56,378 nucleotides of DNA from a virus (lineage: Duplodnaviria; Caudoviricetes). The stretch is taken from the IMG/VR virus record IMGVR_UViG_3300037961_003088, positions 1 through 56,378 of that record, one strand, 5' to 3'. A program made the translations under genes and the position numbers. Below are positions 38,823 through 47,665 of the stretch, piece after piece. Each line of letters starts with the position of its first letter. Position 1 is the first letter of the stretch. Under the pieces are notes generated by a model. That model saw only the letters and a list, made by a program, of their open reading frames with translations. It made no database searches and had not been told where the DNA came from.

Positions 38823-40322
38823 CTAATAATAGTTTGCAGTTCTGTCGTGTTCTATTTCCTCATCTTCTTCATCTGAGTATAAAGGAACAAAACCTCCCTG
38901 TCTAAATCTTAACAAAGCTTGCGTGCTGCTATCAACTAAATCATCATGTTCAGCATTTGGAAAAGCAGCAAACTCTTCTACGACTTCTTCTGCCCATCTT
39001 GTCTGTGGACACCATACAATACCTGAAGAAAACAAATCAGCTACTGCATTAACTCTAGCAATCTTATCATTACCCCTACTAGGTGTATATTCTTGCACTG
39101 GTATTCCCATTTGTCTTAACTCAAATATTAATGGCATACCAGCAGCCTTAGCTTCTATAATAAAAGCGTCAGGTTTATAAAATCTGTATTTTTCCATAGC
39201 TTTCTTCTTTAACTCTGGAAACTCTAATCTCTCTTTATGTGCGTCTAATAAAATAACTTGTGGAGCTAATGTGCCACTATCTTCATCTTCACGATAAAAA
39301 ACACCCCAAGTAGTACACGCAGAATAGTCAGCTCTTTGCGATTTTAAAAAAGCAGTATCCCAAGATTGAATAATAAACTCACATTTCGGAGGTTCGTTTT
39401 GATTCCATTCTCGCCACCACTCTCTCTTTATAATAGCTCCTTCCTCTGCAGTAGGATCTTGCTGATACTGAGCCATCCACTTAGCAGAAGGTAGTTCTGA
39501 TCTTAGTGCTTCTAGTTCTTCTAATTTCCAGAACTCAGCCCATAAAGGATTACCTGAAGGTAGTATTGCAGGTAATTCTATAACTTCCCATTCATCTGCA
39601 CCGCCACGTTTAACACTTGCGTCAATTAATTGACCTGTTAGATCCCTGTCGTGCCATCTTGTCATAACTACAACAATAGATCCTTTCGGCTGTAAACGTT
39701 GTCTAGGTCCAGATGTGTACCACTCGTAGGTTTTATTGAAAACATTTATATCTGAAGAAGCACCCTCTTGTTCTGAATGAGGATCATCTATAATAAGTAG
39801 ATCAGCACCTTTACCAGTAACTGCACCACCAACACCAATAGCAAAATATTCGCCACCTTTGTTAGTATTCCATCTTCCAGCCGCCTTGCTATCTGCTTGC
39901 AAGCTTACATCAGGGAATATTTTCTTAAAATCTTGACTATTTACTAAGTTTCTTACTTTTCGACCAAAACCAACAGCTAATTCTGCAGTATGAGCCGTCT
40001 GAATAATCTTTTTATCTGGATTTTTACCCAAAAACCATGCAGGAAGTAGGTATGAAGCAAATTCTGACTTAGTATGTCGAGGAGGCATATTAATAATTAG
40101 CCTTTTTATCTCACCTTTAGCTACTTTTTCAAAAGCTTCCGACATAATTTCATGATGTTTACCATGAATAAAGGCAGCCCACATAAAATTAACAAAAGAT
40201 AAGAAACTATCTTCACAATCTTCTCGTTTTTTTGCGTTTTCTAATTCATCTAAGAGGCTCAAAAGTTCTAATTTATCCTCATTAGACAAATTTTGTATGT
40301 TATTAAGTAAATTACTATTCAT
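38823..40322 (-). CDS. terL: Terminase large subunit
   Basis: MPPRHTKSE Walker A variant, LIIDDP Walker B, MTRWH, QSWDTA, HDDLVDS nuclease motifs. Confidence 0.95.
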   Translation of the reverse strand: MNSNLLNNIQNLSNEDKLELLSLLDELENAKKREDCEDSFLSFVNFMWAAFIHGKHHEIMSEAFEKVAKGEIKRLIINMPPRHTKSEFASYLLPAWFLGKNPDKKIIQTAHTAELAVGFGRKVRNLVNSQDFKKIFPDVSLQADSKAAGRWNTNKGGEYFAIGVGGAVTGKGADLLIIDDPHSEQEGASSDINVFNKTYEWYTSGPRQRLQPKGSIVVVMTRWHDRDLTGQLIDASVKRGGADEWEVIELPAILPSGNPLWAEFWKLEELEALRSELPSAKWMAQYQQDPTAEEGAIIKREWWREWNQNEPPKCEFIIQSWDTAFLKSQRADYSACTTWGVFYREDEDSGTLAPQVILLDAHKERLEFPELKKKAMEKYRFYKPDAFIIEAKAAGMPLIFELRQMGIPVQEYTPSRGNDKIARVNAVADLFSSGIVWCPQTRWAEEVVEEFAAFPNAEHDDLVDSSTQALLRFRQGGFVPLYSDEEDEEIEHDRTANYY

Positions 40323-40763
40323 ATATATATGTAGTACATAAGTAATTGGTAGAAACTGAATAAAAATGTATGTAGTTCATATGGTAGGTACATACTATAG
40401 GTAAATTCTAGGTATATCTAACTACAGATTATACAATAATGCACCTCTTCACATAAAAAAGCAATAAAAATAGAAAAAATTTTTTTGCGTCTAGGATTCC
40501 TTAACGTTTTTTTTGAAAAAAGGGGGTAGGGGGTATATGAAATCTACTATTTGAATGAGTAAATTACTATGTATATACTGTCGGCTGACTGCAAGCAGTA
40601 CAAGGGGGTGTGGGTATCCTTAGTGGATCTAAAAAAATAGGGTGGTGTCACTTTTCTTCTTTATAAAAAAAACATTTTTAAAAGTGGCTAAAAATAAGGC
40701 TTCTATAAAACTGGATCTCTTTCATCTGGTCGCTGATCAGTGGGAGCTGGATCTAAAGGAAGG

Positions 40764-41246
40764 TCATTGATCTTGAAGCTGACTAAGTTTCTTAATGATT
40801 TCTTCTTCTATGTCTGATGACTGTCTTCTGTCTGTCGATTGTTGGATAACATCACTGAATAGGGCTACAGATTTGCCTAATAGCTCCAATGCCCTTATTT
40901 GACTAGCTGAGGTGTCCGCTTCTTTGCTCTGTTTGTACAATTGATCTACAACATAGTTTCTTGTTCGTAGGTCGCTGGCTACTGCTGTGTCCTCTTTTCT
41001 CTGGAATGCCTTCTGTATACTTTGGGATATCTTAGGGTTACACATTAAGCGACTAGCTTCTACCTCTACCCATTTAGGTATTGATCCTTTCTTAGTTAGT
41101 TTCACGTTGTAAGCTTTCGCATATGCTTCTTTATAACTTCCTAACTTGCCCTTAATGATCTCGTCCACAAATGCTTTTTGTTTTATGGTCAGTTGTTGTT
41201 CTTTCTTTACGAGTTTTAATTTAGGTTGATCCTGTTCTTTTGTCAT
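40764..41246 (-). CDS. terS: Terminase small subunit
   Basis: LTIKQKAFV...AY.KAY...ASRLM.NPKI...ALELLGK (Terminase_2-like). Confidence 0.8.
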   Translation of the reverse strand: MTKEQDQPKLKLVKKEQQLTIKQKAFVDEIIKGKLGSYKEAYAKAYNVKLTKKGSIPKWVEVEASRLMCNPKISQSIQKAFQRKEDTAVASDLRTRNYVVDQLYKQSKEADTSASQIRALELLGKSVALFSDVIQQSTDRRQSSDIEEEIIKKLSQLQDQ

Positions 41247-41309
41247 ATGAAAAGTTTAACTGGTTCTGCTTTTCTTTGTAATGCTCTCATTATGATTGCA
41301 AATATAATG

Positions 41310-41337
41310 TTGAATTTAATGTGTCTTCTGCTAATAT
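41310..41337 (+). promoter_or_regulatory. Putative sigma70 promoter for the early arm
   Basis: TTGAAT-16-TAATAT with extended TGn. Confidence 0.5.
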
Positions 41338-41450
41338 AAAATGATGAACTTTATCAAGGGAGGTTTACCACAAAGAAGTTATATAAGAAGTCTAATTTTA
41401 ATTAGTGAAGTCTTTAGATTTTTTGCTTTATTACTCAAAAAAAATCAGCT

Positions 41451-41502
41451 GGCGGTGAGTTCTGATCTCTGTGTTGTTTCTTCTAACTCACTGCCCTCTT
41501 TT
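41451..41502 (+). terminator. Large-loop hairpin/terminator-like element
   Basis: GGCGGTGAGTT/AACTCACTGCC 11-bp stem (one G-U), 23-nt loop, then CTCTTTT. Confidence 0.5.
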
Positions 41503-41560
41503 ATGTGCAATTTATGTGGCGGTAGATTGTTGTCATTAATGCCAAAACAATGGAGGACTT

Positions 41561-41857
41561 ATGTCTAGAAAAGAATTAAGCGATAAAGCTCTTAGAAGTA
41601 TGATTGAAGAGTTTAATAAATACAGTAGTGCAGATAACAAGTTTCTTGATGAAACTCTATCCGAATTTCTTTTTAAGAAGTTTGAGGAAATCATGTTAGT
41701 GCAAAAGTGTCCGAGTGTACTCAGTGACGAAGAGAAAAAAGAGTACCGCAGAATTGTAGAAGATACCGCAAAATTTATAAGCGGTCTGAGAATGCGACAA
41801 GCTTGGGATATTTTAAAAAGCATGGAGAATGCTGAGGAGGTTCAAAGTAATGATTGA
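41561..41857 (+). CDS. Hypothetical early protein
   Basis: GGAGG RBS; first gene of the + arm. Confidence 0.7.
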   Translation: MSRKELSDKALRSMIEEFNKYSSADNKFLDETLSEFLFKKFEEIMLVQKCPSVLSDEEKKEYRRIVEDTAKFISGLRMRQAWDILKSMENAEEVQSND

Positions 41858-42095
41858 AGACACTTGGACTTGTCACATTTGTGGCTTGCCTTATTGCTCA
41901 GGGTTTGGAAATAATCCTGAGCCATTTGGTGAGTACGAGCAAAGATGTTGTGACGACTGCAACGAAAAAGTTGTAATCCCTATAAGAATTTTAAGTATGT
42001 CCGAAAAGGCAGAAAGTAGAGCAAAAGCAAAATCATTTTATGACTTGATTATGAAAAGGATTGAAAAGAGATTGCAAAAGGAGGAGGGCAAGTAA
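41850..42095 (+). CDS. Small Zn-binding protein
   Basis: CHICG...GNNPEP...CCDDCN..VVIP.R; GAGGAGG RBS. Confidence 0.75.
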   Translation: MIEDTWTCHICGLPYCSGFGNNPEPFGEYEQRCCDDCNEKVVIPIRILSMSEKAESRAKAKSFYDLIMKRIEKRLQKEEGK

Positions 42096-42463
42096 TGGAT
42101 TTTCCTAGTCAAGAACAGATAGAAGCTTTTGAACGTCACGAAGAATTTGTTAAGCAAAGAGATAGAGAGTTCGCAGAAGCAAAAGAAAATATATATTTTC
42201 GACTTGCTGGACATGATAAATATTACAATGCTTTTAATTGCAAAAAATTTGAAGATAACGTCAAAATGTTTGGCTTTGATCATATAGCAACTGCGGAAGA
42301 AGTGCAGAAGCAGGGATTAATATTTAGCAAATATGCAATTAGTCTTGGTGATGTTCATGGACACGATTTAAGAAGGTTTAACAGTAAGGAAGAATTACTG
42401 GGTTTTGTAGCTGGGTGTAATCACACCTATAACCAAATGCGACTAGTGAAAAAACTAGTCTAA
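42095..42463 (+). CDS. Hypothetical early protein
   Basis: Coupled (TAATG), GGAGG RBS. Confidence 0.7.
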   Translation: MDFPSQEQIEAFERHEEFVKQRDREFAEAKENIYFRLAGHDKYYNAFNCKKFEDNVKMFGFDHIATAEEVQKQGLIFSKYAISLGDVHGHDLRRFNSKEELLGFVAGCNHTYNQMRLVKKLV

Positions 42464-42474
42464 GGATCTTAAAG

Positions 42475-42503
42475 ATAGCCACGTTAATCGTGGCTATTTT
42501 TTT
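42475..42503 (+). terminator. Rho-independent terminator
   Basis: ATAGCCACG-TTAAT-CGTGGCTAT followed by T6. Confidence 0.85.
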
Positions 42504-42526
42504 ACCTAATAAAAGGATTTGAACGA

Positions 42527-42859
42527 ATGACAGATAAGAAAGAATTATCGCAAGATGAAGCAACTTTTAGGACGCTTGTAATTGTTAATGCAGAAGACAT
42601 AGGCAGAGATTATAGGCTTATGACTAAAGAGCAAATTGATGAAACAGTTGTTCATTATGGTTTCAATAAAAGACAGATAAGAGCATATATTATTTTACTA
42701 GAGGAAAAAGACAGACTGGTTAAGGTTTCAAAATTAAGAGTACTAAAAGAAGCTCAAACTAAATATGACGAGAAACAAGAAGAAAACATTGATTATGATC
42801 TGGTTGATTTTGTTCTTGAAGCTAAAACAAAATTTAAATATATCTATAAAATTTATTGA
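42527..42859 (+). CDS. Hypothetical protein
   Basis: 110-aa ORF with AAGGA RBS. Confidence 0.6.
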   Translation: MTDKKELSQDEATFRTLVIVNAEDIGRDYRLMTKEQIDETVVHYGFNKRQIRAYIILLEEKDRLVKVSKLRVLKEAQTKYDEKQEENIDYDLVDFVLEAKTKFKYIYKIY

Positions 42860-42987
42860 TCTAAAGCTTAAAAGCTTTACTGATGAAAGTGTAAACTTAT
42901 TAACATACTTATCGCTTGATAGTCTGTTGATGGTCTATGAAGACCGAAATCAGTAAATTTTAACATTTAAAAAAATGGAGGTTTTAA

Positions 42988-44076
42988 ATGAGTGTTAATC
43001 CAAAATTAGCTAAACAGCTAATGTCGAAAATTTTAGAAGGTGGCAATGTGCCATTTCTATTAGGTGGAACTGGAGTTGGTAAATCTGCTCTAGTTTTTGA
43101 AGTTGCTCAGGACTTAGCAAATGGTCGTGAGATAGTTGTAGATAATGTTAAACCAAATAAGGAGGAATTTGGTTTCATTGATTTTAGACTTTCGCTTTAT
43201 GAAAGTATTGATCTTGGCGGTTTACCCTATATTGATCTTAAAAGTAACCAACAATGTAGAGCTTTTTTAGGTAACTTGCCTGTAGCTAACGAAGGTTTGT
43301 TGTTTTTAGATGAATTTGCTCAGGCTCATAGTTCTGTTCAGGCGGTATGTGGACAGTTGCTATACGACAGAAGACTTGGTGAATATAAGTTTCCTGATGG
43401 ATGGCATATTGTTTGTGCTGGTAACAGAGCAAGCGATAGGGCTGGTTCTACACACTTGCCCTCTATGGTTACACAACGTTGCACAATGATTGACTTTGAA
43501 GCTGATTTTAGTGATTGGCTCGCTTGGGCTTTAGAAAATGATGTTCATGGTTCGGTAACTGGTTTTTTACAGTGGCAAAGTCAGTATTTAAGAAAATTTG
43601 ACAGTAAAGATACAAAGGCACAGCCCTCACCTAGAAGCTGGGTAAGGTTAAGTGACACTATGAAAACTGCTCCCTCAAATAATCTTATACCTAAGTTAGC
43701 TGAGGGTGATGTTGGTGAGGAAGCTTCTTTAGAGTTTACAAACTTTGTAAACATGATTGATGAAGTTCCTAATTTATCTGACATTCTTAGCGGTAAAGAT
43801 GTAGATACTCCTGAAAAAGCTGGAGTTTGTTTTGCAACAGTTGTAGCCCTAGTAAATGCTATTACTAATGAAGCTAAGGGTAATAAAGCTGGCTCTAAGG
43901 ATCTTTATAAGTTCTTTGATCATGCTCTTTCTTATATTCAAAAATTTGCTACTCCTGAATATTCGATATTTTTCGTTAGACAAGTGACAAGCAAAAACGA
44001 AATGCTTAAAGATACAAGTACCTTTAGCAAATTTAAGATCGATAACGTAGATGTAGAGTTTGGAGGTGGTGAATAA
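42988..44076 (+). CDS. MoxR-like AAA+ ATPase
   Basis: Walker A GGTGVGKS, Walker B LLFLDE, AGNR sensor, PSPRSW. Confidence 0.9.
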   Translation: MSVNPKLAKQLMSKILEGGNVPFLLGGTGVGKSALVFEVAQDLANGREIVVDNVKPNKEEFGFIDFRLSLYESIDLGGLPYIDLKSNQQCRAFLGNLPVANEGLLFLDEFAQAHSSVQAVCGQLLYDRRLGEYKFPDGWHIVCAGNRASDRAGSTHLPSMVTQRCTMIDFEADFSDWLAWALENDVHGSVTGFLQWQSQYLRKFDSKDTKAQPSPRSWVRLSDTMKTAPSNNLIPKLAEGDVGEEASLEFTNFVNMIDEVPNLSDILSGKDVDTPEKAGVCFATVVALVNAITNEAKGNKAGSKDLYKFFDHALSYIQKFATPEYSIFFVRQVTSKNEMLKDTSTFSKFKIDNVDVEFGGGE

Positions 44077-44630
44077 TGCCTAAGACAATAACTAAAAAAT
44101 TTACAATTTATGATCTTGAAGATTTAAAAAAAGATAATAAATTGTGCGACAGAATATATGCAGAGTTTTGGCTGGATAGTAGCAACACTAATGCTTGGCT
44201 AGACGAAAATATTAGAAGTTTAGAAGCTTTTGCTAAAACTTTATACATGACATTAAACTACGAACTATCCGATAATCTACATGGTGATTACAGAGATTTT
44301 ATAGTGCTAACACCTAAAGATGATTTCTATGCCTTAGAAAACAAAAACTATAAAAAGTTGTTAAAAAACTATGAGGGTATTGGCTATTATATGTGCGAAG
44401 ACCTAAAAATATTCACCTTAAAACTATTAGATAAAAAAGAATATAAAGTTTTAGATGAAAGTTCTACTAAGAAATTTAAACAAGAAATAGAAAATAGAAT
44501 GTTGAGTATGTGGAGATTAGATAATGCTCACCATTTTTCTAAAGAGAATTTTTTAGAAGTTGTAGAAGGTAACGATTACAAATTTTATGAAGATGGTACT
44601 TTATATAAGGAGAACGAAGATGAGCAATAA
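44076..44630 (+). CDS. Hypothetical protein
   Basis: Coupled ORF; IYDLEDL start and NDYKFYEDG end. Confidence 0.65.
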   Translation: MPKTITKKFTIYDLEDLKKDNKLCDRIYAEFWLDSSNTNAWLDENIRSLEAFAKTLYMTLNYELSDNLHGDYRDFIVLTPKDDFYALENKNYKKLLKNYEGIGYYMCEDLKIFTLKLLDKKEYKVLDESSTKKFKQEIENRMLSMWRLDNAHHFSKENFLEVVEGNDYKFYEDGTLYKENEDEQ

Positions 44631-44952
44631 TTTTAAACCAATACATTTTTACAATCATAGTACCAATGAAAGTTTTCAAATAACTTCAAGGAAAGGATTG
44701 ATAAATTGGATAAACGATTTTACAGAAAATCATAATGCTTTTGATTGCTATGAGGAATTAAAAGAAAGATGTTTAGAGAGAGAGAAGATGAAAGTTAAAG
44801 ACCTTATAAAGACTTTAAAAAAGTTTGACGATAATGATGAAGTAATTTTCTATCATCTAAAAAATCATAATCTTGAAAGTTGTAAATTTGAAAGTGTTAT
44901 AGAAACTGAATTAGGTGTTGAACTAACAATAGAGGGGGTGTCTGATGAGTGA
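44620..44952 (+). CDS. Hypothetical protein, possibly two fused small genes (internal start MKVKDLI at 44788)
   Basis: AAGGAG RBS at the first start; internal purine-rich RBS + ATG. Confidence 0.55.
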   Translation: MSNNFKPIHFYNHSTNESFQITSRKGLINWINDFTENHNAFDCYEELKERCLEREKMKVKDLIKTLKKFDDNDEVIFYHLKNHNLESCKFESVIETELGVELTIEGVSDE

Positions 44953-45964
44953 TATAGGAAATCATTTATCTGAAACCGCCACATTAGTGAGGTTTACTAC
45001 TAAATTTTGGAGTGGAATTAAATCGGATAAATTCTTAGAAAAAAAATTAGTAGAAAGTACTAATTGCGATAAAGGTTCTGTTAATGCACAAAAATATTTA
45101 GTGGGAAAAGAATATGCTAAACATTTCAGGAGCATTATTAATCAAGTTAGAAATGAATATTATTACCCTTTAACTTTAGCTTGGGATGATAATACTCACG
45201 ACAATGATGGAAAGGTAGTAAGTGGCTGGAGATTATGTCCTAACAGAAATTTAGATAAGCTTGTATATGAATTAGATAAAGCTGAGATAAATTTTAAGAA
45301 AGAAGTTAGAGGATTTATCAAAGATTATCCTACTTTGATCTCGGAAGCTAAACAGAAGCTGGGTGAAGCTTTTAATATAGAAGATTATCCACAGCCTGAA
45401 AAACTTGTAACCTATTACACAGATAATGAGGGCAAAGAAAGAATGAGAGGTAAATTTCGTTTTGACGTAAAGTTTAATGAAATACCTAACTGGGCTGAAC
45501 ATAAAGGCAAAGATGTAAGGTTAAATATTTCTAGCTCTGTAATTAACAGAATAAAAAATGACGTTGAAAGCAGAGTTCTAGTTAATAGAAACAATTCTAT
45601 GAAAACTTATTTAAAGGACATAGAAAAGAAAGCCTACGACTTAGCAGAACGTTTAGCTAATTATGATCCTAAAGATAAAAAAAATAGAAGTTTTTTTAAA
45701 AATCAAGGCATTAATACTTTACGTGGGATAGTCCAAGTTCTGCCTAGTATGAATGAAGACGTATTCGGTAATGATGAAACTATTAATGAAATCCATCAAA
45801 AATTAGTTGTTGCTTTAGCTGGCATAGGAAATCCTGAAGAACTGAGGGAGGATAGTGCAACAGCAAAAGAGAAAAGGGCTAATATTAGTACTAAGTTAAA
45901 AAAAGCTGTAGATCCTATTAATCAGGGTTTTATGGATCAATTAGCTGGGGGTGGTAATGACTAA
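44945..45964 (+). CDS. DUF3150-like protein
   Basis: WSG.K.D...K.L...TLAWDD..GWRL.P...FIKDYP...LGEAFN.EDYP pattern; context with AAA and vWA genes. Confidence 0.6.
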   Translation: MSDIGNHLSETATLVRFTTKFWSGIKSDKFLEKKLVESTNCDKGSVNAQKYLVGKEYAKHFRSIINQVRNEYYYPLTLAWDDNTHDNDGKVVSGWRLCPNRNLDKLVYELDKAEINFKKEVRGFIKDYPTLISEAKQKLGEAFNIEDYPQPEKLVTYYTDNEGKERMRGKFRFDVKFNEIPNWAEHKGKDVRLNISSSVINRIKNDVESRVLVNRNNSMKTYLKDIEKKAYDLAERLANYDPKDKKNRSFFKNQGINTLRGIVQVLPSMNEDVFGNDETINEIHQKLVVALAGIGNPEELREDSATAKEKRANISTKLKKAVDPINQGFMDQLAGGGND

Positions 45965-47303
45965 ATATCCAAAGATAGTTCTTTGTCGAGCAAGATTGAT
46001 GAAAGAGAATATAGGTTTGGCAAGTATGTTAATGCCTTTACCATTAATCGAAGACGATACGTTACCTACAATGGCTACAGATGGAACTTGTATAAGATAT
46101 AATCCATCTTTTGTTGAAGAGCATTCTAGTGAGCAAATTCAAGGAGTTTTGATACATGAAGCTTGCCACGTTCTTTTTGAACATCCTTTAAGAAAAGGTA
46201 AAAGAAATCATAAGCTGTGGAACGTTGCTTGCGATTATGCGATAAATAACTACTTAATTTACGACACTGATATTGATCTTGTTGAGGGCGGTATGTGGGA
46301 TATAAAGTATAGAGGTATGAGTGCTGAAAAAATCTACAGCATTTTAGATGAAGATGAAAAAAGTTTTAAAAAGGCTATTGATCAAATGAATAATCAAAGA
46401 AATTTTGATAAAGCTAACAATGATCAATCCTCTAGTCCTGATACTGATGAAGATAATACTGCTGATGATCAAGATAATTCTAAATCTTCAAATAATGAGG
46501 AAGAGAAAAATCTTGGTGATAAGTATGACCAAATTCCTGAAAGTATTGGTGAGGTCTTTACTCCTGTTGATGAAAATGGAAAAGAACTTAGTCATGTAAA
46601 AATGCAAGAAATCAGCGAAGAAATTAAACGTAATGTACATATGGCAGATAAGTATTGTTCAATGGATGGAACTGCTGGATTAACCGAAAGTATTAAAGGA
46701 GATCAATTAAGCAAAATTCGTTGGAATGATCACTTACGAGAAAGTCTTACAAGTATTTTTAAGACTGAAACAAGCTGGAAGTCTTTAAATAGAAGACATC
46801 AATTTAGAGGAATACACTTACCTGCTAGAAATGTCGCTGGTAAAGGTGGTATTGTTGCGATTGCAAACGACACTTCAGGGAGTGTCACTTCGCAAGAATT
46901 AGAATACTATGCCAGCGAAAGCCAAAAAATATTAGAGGATTGTGGTATAGAGAAAGTCTATGTTTGTTATTGCGACAGCACTGTTAGGAAAAATGATAAA
47001 GGTGAGTGGTGGGATATATATGATCTTACTGCTGGAGATACTTTAAATTTTGAGCCTAGAGGTAGAGGAGGTACAAGATTTGAACCAGTATTTAATTTGC
47101 TGGCGGATTACACTGAGCAATTAGATGAAATACAAGCCTTAATATATTTTACAGATGGTTATGCTACTATCAGTCAAGACTACGAGCCTGATTTTCCAGT
47201 ATTTTGGGGAATATCAAGCAATTTAGAAACCGAAGCACTAAGGGAATACATTCCATTCGGAGAATTAATCAAAATTGACAACGAAGATTGTTATAGAGAT
47301 TAA
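45957..47303 (+). CDS. Metallopeptidase-vWA protein (DUF2201-like)
   Basis: TMATDG, LIHEACH (HExxH), WNVACDYAIN; MIDAS DTSGS, GGTRF, FTDG. Confidence 0.9.
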   Translation: MTKYPKIVLCRARLMKENIGLASMLMPLPLIEDDTLPTMATDGTCIRYNPSFVEEHSSEQIQGVLIHEACHVLFEHPLRKGKRNHKLWNVACDYAINNYLIYDTDIDLVEGGMWDIKYRGMSAEKIYSILDEDEKSFKKAIDQMNNQRNFDKANNDQSSSPDTDEDNTADDQDNSKSSNNEEEKNLGDKYDQIPESIGEVFTPVDENGKELSHVKMQEISEEIKRNVHMADKYCSMDGTAGLTESIKGDQLSKIRWNDHLRESLTSIFKTETSWKSLNRRHQFRGIHLPARNVAGKGGIVAIANDTSGSVTSQELEYYASESQKILEDCGIEKVYVCYCDSTVRKNDKGEWWDIYDLTAGDTLNFEPRGRGGTRFEPVFNLLADYTEQLDEIQALIYFTDGYATISQDYEPDFPVFWGISSNLETEALREYIPFGELIKIDNEDCYRD

Positions 47304-47317
47304 TATGCCTTAAATGA

Positions 47318-47345
47318 GTAGAACACTATTTAGGTAGTGTTCTAC
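47318..47345. other. Perfect 11-bp hairpin after the vWA gene
   Basis: GTAGAACACTA-TTTAGG-TAGTGTTCTAC; no U-tract. Confidence 0.7.
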
Positions 47346-47512
47346 CATGCCTTAGACCAAATAAACTCGTTAGAAGCGAAATTAGGAGGTCGAAATTTTA
47401 CAAATTACCAAAATTTAGACATTTATTGATCTAAAAGTATCTTTTGTTGTTTAAAAAACAAATTTTACTTTTTCGCTGGTTCGTTTAGTGATCGTAAAAA
47501 GGGGGGGGGTAA

Positions 47513-47538
47513 GTTTCTCCCACCCTAGAGGGAGAAAC
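47513..47538. other. 9-bp hairpin next to a G9 run
   Basis: GTTTCTCCC-ACCCTAGA-GGGAGAAAC. Confidence 0.65.
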
Positions 47539-47665
47539 GTAAAATATTTTTGATTGTCTTTTAAAAACATAGACTAGTTAATATTTTTAGATGGGGGCGA
47601 AAAAAACACGCAAAACAGTGCAAAAACATATTTTACTTATTAGATATTTTGATAGTCTTAATTAC

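Noticed and set aside
1252-39180. Numerous + strand ORFs inside the late arm (e.g. 6886-7311, 10216-10608, 35389-35823)
   Set aside because: Fully nested antisense to long, motif-bearing minus-strand genes; Ser/Phe/Leu-rich shadow composition; no RBS
41278-41308. Fur box
   Set aside because: Only partial resemblance to GATAATGATAATCATTATC in AT-rich DNA; kept instead as an unassigned 16-mer repeat
41341-41568. 75-aa ORF in the early leader
   Set aside because: No SD, atypical composition, crosses a strong hairpin and overlaps the RBS of 41561; a leaderless start cannot be fully excluded
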